Shown: one piece after another, positions 36,272 to 47,123 of the stretch
Numbering within the stretch: position 1 is the stretch's first letter
How the letters are laid out: each line of letters begins with the position of its first letter
From: an uncultured Planctomycetota bacterium
GTDB taxonomy: Bacteria > Planctomycetota > Planctomycetia > Isosphaerales > Isosphaeraceae
Direction of reading: 5' to 3'
DNA: 64,000 nucleotides
Assembly (NCBI GenBank): GCA_963845755.1
Contig: CAWJTV010000028.1
Coordinates: forward strand, 320,001-384,000
Notes under the pieces: generated by a model
The model's input: the letters and a program-made list of their open reading frames with translations, nothing else
What the model was told of the DNA's origin: nothing
The model's database searches: none
Made by a program: the position numbers and the translations under genes

Positions 36272-36885
36272 ACCGATCCCCCTCGAGGCTGGTCGTGTGC
36301 GGCGGTGTCATCGGCTCAAAGATACTCTCCTCCGAACGGGCCTTCAATCGAATCGCCATCTCGCGAACGCCTTACGGGCTGGGTGCGATCTCTTCAACCG
36401 CCGCATCCGGACCGGTACGGGCTGGTTGCAGGCCAGTCGCTTTGCTCCAGCCGGTCCCCTCCGGCATCGTCGCACGCCCGCGCGGAAGAATGAGGATCGT
36501 CGAATATCACTCGAATTCGTGAACCCGAATCTCCTTGACGGCAACGCCCTTCGATCGATAGGATTCCTTGACACCACAAACGGGGTATCCCCGATCCGAG
36601 GTTCTTATGCTCAGTCTCCGATACGTCAACTCTCATTCTGAGCACGACCTCTTCATTCGCCTCTTCCTCACTGGTGGCGGCGGCTGGTGATTCTCCGACC
36701 CTGCGGCGCACCCTTCTCGGCATCGCGTCTGCTCCGTCGCCGCTGAGTTCGAGCGATCCCCCTTGCGATTTGCAAGGGCGGTCGTGCGTTCAGCACGGCT
36801 TGCCGAGCAAAGCCGCGATCCGCGAGGACCGTCCGATTCGACGCAAGGCGTTCTAGCACAATCACATCTGGAATTCACGCGAGTT

Positions 36886-36902
36886 TTGGCACACCGAATG
36901 CA
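36886..36902 (+). promoter_or_regulatory. Candidate sigma-54 (-24/-12) promoter
   Basis: TTGGCACACCGAATGCA: GG(36888-9)-N10-GC(36900-1), about 95 bp upstream of the 36995 operon. Confidence 0.7.
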
Positions 36903-36994
36903 TTTCGACGAGGTGCAGTCGTCGATGGCAGTTGATGGCGCCGAGACGGCCACCGAGGCGAGTCAGGGTCGGGTCTGGAAAGGAGATCAGGCAC

Positions 36995-37465
36995 ATGCTC
37001 AAGCGATCGGTTCTTGTGGTGGTTGCGGCAATGTCGGCCGCGTCTTTTGCCGGATGCGGCAACGCATCGGGCCGATTCCCCGTGTCGGGCAAGGTACTGT
37101 ACCACGGCGAGCCGGCGACGGGGGCTGTCGTTTACTTCCACCGCCAGATGGAGCCCGGCTCGCCGAGCGAGTCGATCCCTTACGGCATCGTGGAAGACAA
37201 CGGCAGCTTCCAGCTTTCGTCCGACGGCACCGGCAACGGTGCGCGTCCTGGGTCTTATCACGTCCTCGTCGAGTGGCGGGACGGCTCCGGAGACCGCGTC
37301 GACGCGCCGACGCGCCAGGGCAGGCCCAAGCAGGTCAAGCGCGTTCGCTTCCGATCGGGCACCGATCGACTCAAGGGCCGCTATTTCGACATCAACAAGC
37401 CTTTGCTCCGCACCGAGGTCAAGGCGGAGCCCAATCGGCTCGATCCTTTTGAGCTGACCGACTGA
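36995..37465 (+). CDS. DUF1559-associated lipoprotein
   Basis: AAGGAG upstream; lipobox FAGC; PVSGKVLYHGEPA; GARPGSYHVLVEW; DRLKGRY. Confidence 0.85.
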   Translation: MLKRSVLVVVAAMSAASFAGCGNASGRFPVSGKVLYHGEPATGAVVYFHRQMEPGSPSESIPYGIVEDNGSFQLSSDGTGNGARPGSYHVLVEWRDGSGDRVDAPTRQGRPKQVKRVRFRSGTDRLKGRYFDINKPLLRTEVKAEPNRLDPFELTD

Positions 37466-37555
37466 ATCACAACGAGAATGTCCGACTTGTCTTCGGGTTA
37501 CATGAACCCCGCGGAAATGACAAAGATTCCTGGTTACTGGCTTGGAGAACCTCCG

Positions 37556-38698
37556 ATGAAACGAGTTCGCGCCGTGAGAGGCCGTACTTCCGGCTTCACT
37601 TTGATCGAGCTCCTGGTGGTGATCGCGATCATCTCCGTACTGATCGCACTGCTCTTACCCGCCGTCCAGGCTGCGCGCGAGGCCGCCCGGCGAGCGCAGT
37701 GCATCAACAACCTCAAACAGATTGGGTTGGCGACTTTGAACTTCGAGAGCACCTACGGCACTCTGCCGGCCAAAGGTTTGCGGCTTGCCGTGGCGGATCC
37801 CAACGCGGACGCCCAGGCGGCGATCCCGACGGTCGCGGCGTCCTACCTGACCCAGATCCTGCCCTACATGGATCAATCGGTCATCTACAATCAGATCAAC
37901 CTGTATCAGGCGTCGTCCGATACAGCCAACATTCCGCCATCCACGGGCTTGCATTCGGGTCTGAACTCGGTGTACTCCGTGGCGATCAACACGTTCATCT
38001 GCCCATCCTCCCCGGGACCGGCGACGATGAATTACTACAACGCGTTTTGGGGACCGTATGGCGATGGTGGCGGTGACGTCTGCACGCCGGGCGCTCCGGG
38101 CCCAGGTGGTGGCGTAACCAACCTAAATCCGCCTCCGATGCAGATCTGGGGCCGAACCGATTACTTCCCGATTCCCGGCTTGCACAACACGGCGCTCCAG
38201 GCCGCGGGCATGAGCCCAGCGTACATCGCCATCGTCGGCGAGGGCAGGGACTCGGGGACCATCACCGATCCGCTGATCACGGGCACGATCCGGCTGGCCT
38301 CGATCACGGATGGGACCTCGAACACGCTGTACGTCTCGGAATGCGGATCCAAGCCGATCGGCTACAACGGATTCCGCCAGATCTACCGGTCCGAGGTGGA
38401 TGGCCTGCCGGTCAACGGGGTCATCGAGCCCGTGAGCTCGGGCGGCGGTGCCTGGGCCGACCACTTCACCTACTCGAGCCTGGCCGGTGCCCAGGGCCGT
38501 CAGAACGGCATTCGCGGCGGCACGTGCATGGTCAACTGCACGAGCAACAACGAGATCTACGCGTTCCACCCCGGCGGGGCAAATGCCCTGTTCGTAGACG
38601 GCTCCGTCCATTTCATCAAGGACGTCGCGTCGGTCCAGTTGGTCGCCGCGCTGGTCACTCGGGCCGGCGGTGAGATCATCAGTTCCGACCAATATTAA
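37556..38698 (+). CDS. DUF1559 family prepilin-type / H-X9-DG protein
   Basis: [57 protein letters not shown]. Confidence 0.97.
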   Translation: MKRVRAVRGRTSGFTLIELLVVIAIISVLIALLLPAVQAAREAARRAQCINNLKQIGLATLNFESTYGTLPAKGLRLAVADPNADAQAAIPTVAASYLTQILPYMDQSVIYNQINLYQASSDTANIPPSTGLHSGLNSVYSVAINTFICPSSPGPATMNYYNAFWGPYGDGGGDVCTPGAPGPGGGVTNLNPPPMQIWGRTDYFPIPGLHNTALQAAGMSPAYIAIVGEGRDSGTITDPLITGTIRLASITDGTSNTLYVSECGSKPIGYNGFRQIYRSEVDGLPVNGVIEPVSSGGGAWADHFTYSSLAGAQGRQNGIRGGTCMVNCTSNNEIYAFHPGGANALFVDGSVHFIKDVASVQLVAALVTRAGGEIISSDQY

Positions 38699-38706
38699 TA
38701 GTAAAC

Positions 38707-40775
38707 ATGTATACTATGTGGCTCAAACTGATCGGCACATTCCTCATTCTGGCGTTCACGATCGGCTGCCATCGAGTCGAACCCGGCCCGGCCGCAACCG
38801 GCGCGGGCCGGGTTCCCGATTCGATCGCGGCTCCTGGACCTCTCGTCGGCAAGACATCCACGGACTTCGACGACCCACCTCGGCGGCCTACGCCAGTGTA
38901 TTCGAAGGAGGTCGCGCCGATAATCGAACAGTATTGCCTGAGGTGTCACGACGAGGCGGCCTCTGAAGGGAGAATCGTCCTGGATCGTTTCCACGACGAG
39001 GTTCCCGATCCGAAACAGAGATCACTCCTGTTGCGCGTGGCCGACGCCCTGCGCTCGGAGAGAATGCCGCCGGAGGGTGAGCCGCGCATCGAGCCCGAGG
39101 CACGCGAAACCCTCGACGCCTGGCTCGATGCTATTCTGGAACCAGACGACCCTGCCCGCGGGCACGTCACACTCCGCCGCCTCAACCGCGCCGAGTACAA
39201 CAACACGATCCGCGACCTGATCGGCCTCGACCTGCGTCCGGCCGATGAATTCCCGGCCGATGATCTCGGTTATGGGTTCGACAACATCGGCGATGTGCTC
39301 GCAACCCCGCCGATTCTGGTCGAGATGTACCTGGCTTCCGCGGAGACCGTAATCGCCGCCGCGTTCCGATCGCCCGAGGTCTTCGCGCGAATCATGAACC
39401 CGTCTGCCAATGCCATCCCCCTGGCTTTCCGGCGATACCGGCCGCCGGTCCGCTCACCACGGGACGATAAAGTCCTCCGAATTGCGAAAGCCGACCCGGA
39501 CCCGGACCTGACCCGACAGCAACGGATCTACGACATCCTACGCGGGTTCGCCGATCGGGCATTCCGTCGGCCCGCCACGCACGATGAGTTGATGCGTCTT
39601 CTGGGGATCGTTCTCTCGGCCGAGTCGGATGGCGACAGCGCGGAATCGGCCATCCGGCGCGGCCTTGAGGCGGTGCTCGTGTCGCCTCATTTTCTCTTCC
39701 GCGTCGAGCTGGAACGCGAGGGACACTCATCAGGCGCACGCCTGCCCGAGAACGATTTCGATCTCGCCTCCCGACTCTCTTACTTCTTGTGGAGCAGCAT
39801 GCCCGATGAAGAGCTGCTTCGTCTGGCGGCTCAGGGATTGCTCCGTCGTCGAGGGAACCTTCAAGCGCAGGTTGGGCGAATGCTTCGCGATCCCCGCGCG
39901 ACACTGCGCTGGCCGAGAACTTCGGCGGTCAGTGGCTCCAGACTCGCAAGTTGAAGGAGTGTGCGCCTGACCCGGTGCTCTTCCCCGATTTCGACGAATC
40001 GCTCAGATCGGCAATGATCGAGGAAACGCGGCTCTTCTGCGTGTCGATCCAGGACGAGGACCGCAGCGTGCTCGATTTCCTCGATGCCGATTACTCGTTC
40101 GTCAACGAGCGACTCGCGCGGCACTACGGGATCTCCGGTGTGCGCGGCGAAGGATTTCGACGAGTGACGTTCACCGACACGCCACGGGGCGGCGTTTTGA
40201 CCCAGGCGAGTATTCTGACGGCGACGTCCAACCCAACCCGGACATCCCCCGTGAAACGCGGGAAGTGGATCCTGGAGAACATTCTGGGCACAGCGCCGGC
40301 GCCACCGCCCTCGGGCGTGGAGGCCCTCAAGGACGCCGCGGGTTCGGGGTCACCGGGCACGCTCCGCGCGCGGATGGAGCGACACCGGACCGATCGGGCC
40401 TGCGCGTCCTGCCACCAGCGCATGGACCCACTCGGCTTCGGCCTCGAGAATTTCGACGCCATCGGCACCTGGCGGACTCACGATGGAGGCCAGTCGGTCG
40501 ATCCGTCCGGGAAGCTCCCCGGAGGGACTGAGTTCCGAGGACCGGTCGAACTCCGGGCCTCCCTGCGGTCGCTCCGTGATGCGTTCGCCCGGTGTCTCGC
40601 CGAGAAGATGCTCACCTACGCCCTAGGTCGCGGCCTCGACCGGGACGACCGTCGCGCCGTCGACCGGATCGTCGCGAGGCTCGCCCGCGACGGATACCGA
40701 TACTCGGCCCTCGTGATCGCCATCGTCGAGAGCAAGCCGTTTCGATCACCCCATACGACGGGAGCGAATCCATGA
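38707..40775 (+). CDS. Planctomycete cytochrome c / DUF1587-DUF1595-DUF1592-DUF1588-DUF1585 protein; frameshift near 39900
   Basis: YCLRCH; LRRLNRAEYNNTIRDL; LASRLSYFLWSSMPD; RTSPVKRGKWILENIL; CASCHQRMDPLGFGLENFD. Confidence 0.93.
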
Positions 40776-42113
40776 GGAGTTCCTCGAGAATCACGAGGCG
40801 CACCGCCTTGAGGGGTCTGGGCGTGTCGTTGGCCTTGCCGCTCCTCGAAGCGATGGATTCCCCGCGCTTGCACGCGGAACTGACTGATCGGGAAGATCCG
40901 CCGCTCCGATTGGCGTTCGTCTACGTCCCTAACGGCGTCCACATGCCCGACTGGACGCCGAACTCGGTCGGCGCGCGCTGGGAGCTGCCGCCGATCCTAG
41001 AACCGCTGCGCGCGGTTAAGGACGACATCCTCGTCCTCAGTGGGTTGACCCTGAACCCGGCGCGCTGCGCTCGGCGACGGCGGCGGCGACCACGCCCGTG
41101 CGATGGCCAGCTTCCTGACGGGAAGACATCCACGGAAGACAGATGGTGTCGACATCCGCGCCGGGGTCTCCGTGGACCAGTTGGCGGCGCAATCGATCGG
41201 GCGTGCCACTCGATTCCCTTCACTGGAGCTGGGCTGCGAAGGGGGCAAGAATGCCGGCGAGTGCGACCACGGCTATAGCTGTGCCTACCAGTCCAACCTC
41301 TCCTGGCAAGGGGAATCGACGCCCGTTGCCAAGCAGATCAATCCCCGGCTCGTCTTCGACCGCCTCTTCGACCGCCCAAGCGGAACCGATGCCGCGCAGG
41401 CCGACCGCCGGCGCAAGAGCATCCTCGACTTCGTCACGGAGGACTCGCGACAGCTCCATCAAGTACTCGGCGCCCCCGATCGTCGCAAGCTGGATGAATA
41501 CCTCAATGGCGTCCGGGAGATCGAGCAACGGATCACTCGCGCCCGGCCCGCAGTTGATCTGGGCGGAATGACCTATCCGCGACCGCTCGGCATCCCGGCC
41601 GATTACCAGGAGCACCTCCGGCTGATGGCCGACCTGCTCGCGCTGGCGTTCCAGGCGGACCTCGTGCGGATTGCGACCTTCGTCTTCGCCAACGACGGCA
41701 GCAATCGCAGTTATCGAAACATCGGTGTCTCCGATGGCCACCACGACCTCTCGCACCACGGCGGCGACGTGGACAAACAGCATCGAATCCGAAAAATCAA
41801 TCAATTTCACGTCGCGCAGTTGGCCTACCTCCTGCAGAAGCTGAAGTCGATCCCTGAGGGATCCGGAACCCTGCTGGACCACAGCCTCATCGTCTACGGC
41901 AGCGGCATCAGCGACGGCAACACACACGCTCACGACGACCTGCCGATCCTCGTGGCCGGCCGGGGCAATAGGACCATCAAGACCGGCCGGCACATCCGCT
42001 TCCCCAAGGAGACGCCCTTGACCAATCTCTACGTCTCGATGCTCGACCGCGCGGGCGTCAACGTCCCGAGTATTGGCGACAGCACCGGCCCGCTCCCGAG
42101 ACTGCGAGGATAA
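40772..42113 (+). CDS. DUF1552 family protein (Tat-type signal); one-base insertion near 41065
   Basis: ITRRTALRGLGVSLALPLLEAM; YVPNG; SVDQLAA; GYSCAY; HHDLSHH; TLLDHS; 4-nt overlap with the upstream gene. Confidence 0.93.
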
Positions 42114-42133
42114 GTTCGGATGCCGAGATTTGG

Positions 42134-44707
42134 TCACATCCGGTGTTCCTTCATCGCCTCGCGACCCGATCCCCAGGTGTGGGTGTGGACGCTCTCGGTC
42201 CATCGGGATTGGAGGGTGATCTGTCGGCTGGAACCGCGCGTCAAGACCGAAGCGAGCACGACCACTCCCAGTGTCAGGAACCACGCCCTCCGCCACCACG
42301 ATGGCCAGCCCAAGATGAGATGGTCGGACGAGAGGACGATCATCCACGGCGGGAAGAACCAGAGGATCAGTCCCAGAAAGATCCCGAATCCGGTCAGGCC
42401 GAGGCCACGCACGAAGCCCGCCGGGCGGTAGGTGAAGACGATCTTGTGATTCCCCGCCGGCAGATAGACCGCCCGAAAGGCGATGTAGGCCGGCCAGATC
42501 GGTACGGACTGGCCGTCGACGGTCGCCGACCAACCGGGGTCGAACGTGTCGGCCAGGACGAGATAAGCCGGCATCGCCGCCTCGGTCTCGGCAACGACCT
42601 GCTCGGGAAGATCCTCGATGATCCGGGCAGTGCCCGAGACCGTGGCGCCGGTCGGAAGAGGACGCGAGGGGTCTTCCACGACCACGTGATCGCGGAGTCG
42701 GGCTCCCAGGCGGATCGTCGCGATGGCCGCCTGCTGGAGGTCATCCGCATAAGCCGGGTTCCCGACCAATCGCGCCCGCGGCAGGGCACGGGCATTACGA
42801 TGAATGAACGCGGTTCCGACTTGCACCGCCGGCAGATGGCGGTATTTCATCCGCAACTCGGGGTTACGACCGGTGACGATGTGTGAGGTACTCTCGAGAT
42901 CGTGCCGCCAGGGATAATCCTGGGTGATTTGTTCGAACACATGCAATCGCTGAGAACGCATCGGCGTGTTCCCCTTCGAAGCCAGCACGTGCCAGACCGA
43001 CGGGAGACTCCAATCCAGGGGATCTCGGACCGGGAGGAAGTTCACCCGTTCGGAGGCGTAGCCTGGCTCGCCGGCGGACTTGTCGCCGATCCCGAAGACG
43101 CGGATCAAGCTCTGGTCGGACTTCAAGCGTTGCACGGACTCGGGGGCTGCGGTCCAGTACCGCGGCTCGGCTGTGGGGACATCGAACCAGTGGGCACCCA
43201 GCAGATCGGCCATGACCAGGAGCGGAAGCAACGCCGCCCATCGTGCGCGGCGAGACGAAGCGGTCGACCGCGTCGCACTCCACGCGATCCACCATCCCAG
43301 CGCGACCACGATGCCGGTCCGGATCGTCGAACGGAACAACTCGCGGCCCAGCCAGCGATAGCGGTCGAGGTGATACGGGAGGGTCCATCGTTTCGGGTCT
43401 GTCCAGACCGGGTGATAGATATAAATCATGATTGGGATCGATACGCTGACCAGCACGCCGGCCAGAATCATCGCGCCGCGGAGCGACACCGCGCCGGGCC
43501 GCCCGAGCCGTTCGACGCCGACGGCCGCCAATGCGGCCACCCCCAGAGAGACCCAGAGGCTGAACCGCACCGGCTCGCGCGAGCTGCCCAACACGGGGAT
43601 CAGGTTCGCCTGGTCGAAGAGGAAGGTGAACTTTCCCAGCATCAGGATCGCGCCGAGGCCCACCAGAAATACCCAGAAACTCGCCCAGCGATCGCGCGTA
43701 GCCACCCCTCCGGCACCGACGACCGCCAGGGCCATCGCGATCAGGCCGAGGTAGGTATCCATCTCGTGGTAGGGATAGAAACCGTCGAGCCAGTCGGTGT
43801 CGCGTGCGCGGGTGCCGTATGCCTCTCGGACGACCAGGGTCGGGATCAACTCGGGGTGCCACGAGCCAAAGACCAGGTCCCTCCAGGAGAGGCCCCCGGC
43901 ACGGGGCGAGCGATCGAGCAGCTCCTTCGACGGGACCCACTGCACCGCGGAGATGAGCACGCCCTCCCCGACGAGCACCAATGCCATGGTCAGGACGACC
44001 AATCGAGCCTTCAGGCCCCGCTCGGTCGCCGCTCGATAGAGGCCATAGAGGACGACCAGCACGACGGTGAAGAGGGCGTCCTGGAGGTGGCCTGCGAACA
44101 CCTGGCAGGCCAGGGCCACCCCCCCGAGCACCGATCCGCGCAACCGCCTCGACTCCCACGACCACTCCAGTCCCCAGATGACGAAGGGAAGGCTCGCCAG
44201 AGAATTGATCATGCTCGTGTGGACCAGATGAGCCCAGGTGAACCCCCCGACAGCCAGGATCGCGGCGCCAGACAGGGCTCCCGCGGGACCCACATGCCGG
44301 CGCAGCCAGCCATAAGCCCCCACGCCGGTCAGCCAGATCGAGAGCACGGTATCGAGGTTCAGCGCCTGCCAGGTCGCCAGCCAGGGATAGAGCAGATACT
44401 TGAGCGGATGGAGATATCCCGCCTGGCTCTCGCTGTAGAGCGGCAAGCCGCAGTAGAGGCCCGGGAACCATCGCGAGAACCGTCCCGCCCGCAGTTCCTC
44501 GGCGAAGAAGGCTCGGTAAGGATAATTGATCTCGGTGATGTCGAAATAGAACAGGGCGCGCCTCAGGCCGACGACGTCCCAGAAGAACGCGGCGATCGCC
44601 AGGGTCCAGACGACGAGCGCCAGCACGTCGCCCCGGCCCCAGGTGCGCCGCTGGAATAGCGCGTTCAGACGCTCGCTCGATCCGGACTCGGATTCTCCTC
44701 TGGACAC
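42134..44707 (-). CDS. YfhO-family multi-pass membrane protein (GT-C fold)
   Basis: FYFDITEINYPYR...GLPLYSESQAG, many TM helices, C-terminal LVLADTFDPGWSATVDG...FRAVYLPAG...FTYRP. GTG start inferred at 44707. Confidence 0.85.
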   Translation of the reverse strand: MSRGESESGSSERLNALFQRRTWGRGDVLALVVWTLAIAAFFWDVVGLRRALFYFDITEINYPYRAFFAEELRAGRFSRWFPGLYCGLPLYSESQAGYLHPLKYLLYPWLATWQALNLDTVLSIWLTGVGAYGWLRRHVGPAGALSGAAILAVGGFTWAHLVHTSMINSLASLPFVIWGLEWSWESRRLRGSVLGGVALACQVFAGHLQDALFTVVLVVLYGLYRAATERGLKARLVVLTMALVLVGEGVLISAVQWVPSKELLDRSPRAGGLSWRDLVFGSWHPELIPTLVVREAYGTRARDTDWLDGFYPYHEMDTYLGLIAMALAVVGAGGVATRDRWASFWVFLVGLGAILMLGKFTFLFDQANLIPVLGSSREPVRFSLWVSLGVAALAAVGVERLGRPGAVSLRGAMILAGVLVSVSIPIMIYIYHPVWTDPKRWTLPYHLDRYRWLGRELFRSTIRTGIVVALGWWIAWSATRSTASSRRARWAALLPLLVMADLLGAHWFDVPTAEPRYWTAAPESVQRLKSDQSLIRVFGIGDKSAGEPGYASERVNFLPVRDPLDWSLPSVWHVLASKGNTPMRSQRLHVFEQITQDYPWRHDLESTSHIVTGRNPELRMKYRHLPAVQVGTAFIHRNARALPRARLVGNPAYADDLQQAAIATIRLGARLRDHVVVEDPSRPLPTGATVSGTARIIEDLPEQVVAETEAAMPAYLVLADTFDPGWSATVDGQSVPIWPAYIAFRAVYLPAGNHKIVFTYRPAGFVRGLGLTGFGIFLGLILWFFPPWMIVLSSDHLILGWPSWWRRAWFLTLGVVVLASVLTRGSSRQITLQSRWTESVHTHTWGSGREAMKEHRM

Positions 44708-44729
44708 GTTCGCGCCTTGTGCAATGGAG

Positions 44730-46493
44730 TTACGGTACGACGACCTGAAGATGCTCGATCTCCGCAGGATCACGACCGTCCGCTTTCCAGACCGTCGCGA
44801 AGGCCGGCCGCCAGTCGATTCGCTTCGCCGAGCGGATGAGGCGGGATCGCACGCCTGGCGTCTCGGCAGCCGGCCGCGCCCGGAATTCGAATCGTCATTC
44901 GGACGAACGATCAACAGCTTACCACGATCCGGGCCGAGCCCCTCAGACCAACCGGGGAACCGATTGGGATACATGGGAAACGGTATGCCCACGACCCGCC
45001 TCCCGGACACGAAGGCCATCCGGTAGACGTCCCAGTAGCCGCCGAAGACGTGAGTGACGTCGGAGGGAACCTCGAAGCGCATCGTGCGGTCGAACGGCGG
45101 CATCACCGGGCCTGATGGCTTTCCCTTCGGTGCGGGCGTCCGGAGACTCAGGTCCGTCCACGGCGACGGTTGGATCCGGACGACGACGCCTCGGTCGTCG
45201 AGATAATGGCGCGTGTCGCGGTACCAGGTGAATGTCCGCTCGCTCATGATCAGGGCGAGAAGTCCGGCGGCGATGTACGCGGCCAGGCGACCGGGAATCC
45301 CCCGGTGAGCCAGGCGATGCATCACCAGCCCGAATCCCAATGACCAGGGAATCAAGAGAAAGATCAAGTAACGATAATTATCGGAATTGAAGATATTCCG
45401 ATTGATCAGGAATGCGGCCACGATCAAGAGCGCCGAGAAGGATGTGCCCCGGGCGACAGCTTGTCGGGCCGGACCGCCGGCTCTGGCGGAGTCGACGAGG
45501 AGCCGGACGACGGCGACTCCGAAGCCGGCGAGGATCAGCACGGATGCCCATTCCCCCGCGCGCGGCAACCGCCAGCTCGTCCTGGCCCCCGACAAGAACC
45601 TGAGGAATTCACCGACCGACGAGTCGGATTCCGAAAAAGGATCGCCGGAAGTCGCTGAGTTCGGGGCCTGCGATGAGTCGAGGGAGACAGTTGAGGAACA
45701 TCAGCCGGGCGTGCTCCCGGATCGCCGCGGATTCGAACGTCGTGGCGAATTGCGAAGGATAGGCATCGTACGGGTCGACCCATCGACCGACCTCTCGAGG
45801 CAAAAGGCCGACTGCCAGCCCAGCCAGGAACACCGCGGCACGGATGATTCCCGACCTGGATCTTCCATCCTTAATCCAGACTAACACGGCCGAAGGCACA
45901 AGTCCGGCCAGCGTGAAGAGGAACATGGCATCGACGTATAGGCCCAACCCACACCAGACCCCCAGGGCTCCCGCGCGTTTCCATCCGCCGCGCGTCAGGC
46001 AGCCGTAGAGACCGGCGAACGCCACGGTATGCCATACGAGCGCCAGCAGATGTCCTCCGGTGATCCGTCCCGAAAGCCAGATCGTCCCCAGCGACGAGAA
46101 GACCAGCGGCACGATTGACCAGCCCGCAACTTCCGGACCGAACGTCTTCCAGGCCAGCCAGAAGGTCGAGATGACAATGAGCACCCAGATTATCGTCCCG
46201 CCGCTGACGAGGGCGATCGGGTTGGCACCCCAAAACAGGGCCTGGAGATACGAGGAGAACATGGGCAGGATGCCCATGTACGGTGTCCCCGGATAATGCC
46301 AATGCCATCGGCCATGTACTGCGTCGAGGAGCGTCAGGCCATCGACGGCCAGGTCGCTGTCGAGGTGATCCGCGGCGTTGAGGATCAGCGGGATTCGAAT
46401 CAGAACAGTCCAGACCAGTCCCAGGCCCAGCATCACCCAGGGCCACCAGAGACGCCGATCGGTCGTGGTCGCGGGCGGAGACGAGGTGCTCAT
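44730..46493 (-). CDS. ArnT/PMT-like GT-C membrane glycosyltransferase; frameshifts near 45640 and 44870
   Basis: First TM helix followed by acidic loop LDSDLAVDG; multiple TMs; NYRYL; GGYWDVYR; restored stop LQVVVP* at 44730. Confidence 0.65.
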
Positions 46494-46522
46494 GGAACGC
46501 GGAACGGGCCCTCCACCCAGCC

Positions 46523-47080
46523 TCAGACGAATAGATCCGAAACGGGACAACGGAAACCCGGTAGCTCGGCAAAGTTTTCCAGGAAATCGTCCTCCTCGAG
46601 GATGATCGGCTCCTCCTCATCGGGGCGATAGACCGCCACTCGACGCTTCTTCGGATAAACGACCCAGACCAGCGAAACGCCGGCCTCCAGGTATTCGACA
46701 ACCTTCCTGAGAATTCCTGCCGAGCGGTCCCTGGGTGAGACGACCTCGACGGCCAGATCCGGCGGCACGGGGGGCAGGCCGTCGCCGATCTCGGACTCCG
46801 GCCAGCGGGCGTGGCTATAAAAGCAGACATCCGGGCCGCGAACGGTATCGGGCCCGCGCTCCGTCGCCACGGCCGACCCCAAGAGGCTATAACCGTAACC
46901 AGTTTGCCGGCCGAACCACTCCAGGGCAAACCCGATCTTGCTACAAACACGCCCGTGTTTCGGCATCGTTGGCGGCACTTCGATAACCTCCCCTCGGACC
47001 AGCTCGAAGTTCCCCGCTCCGAGGTCGGCCGCCATGAACTCCTCGGCGGTCAACAGCTTCGTCTTGACGGCGGTCGCCAT
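46523..47080 (-). CDS. Uma2 family (DUF820) PD-(D/E)xK endonuclease-like protein
   Basis: LLTAEEF, FELVRGEV, VRGPDV, PDLAVEVVSP, KVVEYLEAGV..VWVVYP. Confidence 0.93.
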   Translation of the reverse strand: MATAVKTKLLTAEEFMAADLGAGNFELVRGEVIEVPPTMPKHGRVCSKIGFALEWFGRQTGYGYSLLGSAVATERGPDTVRGPDVCFYSHARWPESEIGDGLPPVPPDLAVEVVSPRDRSAGILRKVVEYLEAGVSLVWVVYPKKRRVAVYRPDEEEPIILEEDDFLENFAELPGFRCPVSDLFV

Positions 47081-47123
47081 GAGTCACCCCTCGAACCTTC
47101 GCGTGGATCTCGAACCCCAAGCG

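Noticed and set aside
34808..36493. Long antisense or alternate-frame ORFs (e.g. 34808..36493, 42902..44659, 11393..12787, 16269..17744)
   Set aside because: Shadow ORFs of real genes in high-GC DNA, with no family motifs.
42134..45595. 1153-aa ORF suggesting a novel GT-C/YfhO fusion
   Set aside because: An indel near 44870 shifts the upstream gene into the YfhO frame. The restored upstream gene has its own stop at 44730, followed by a GTG start at 44707.
46523..47080. Uma2 nuclease as part of a defence system
   Set aside because: A solitary Uma2, common in planctomycetes; no methylase or other defence genes nearby.
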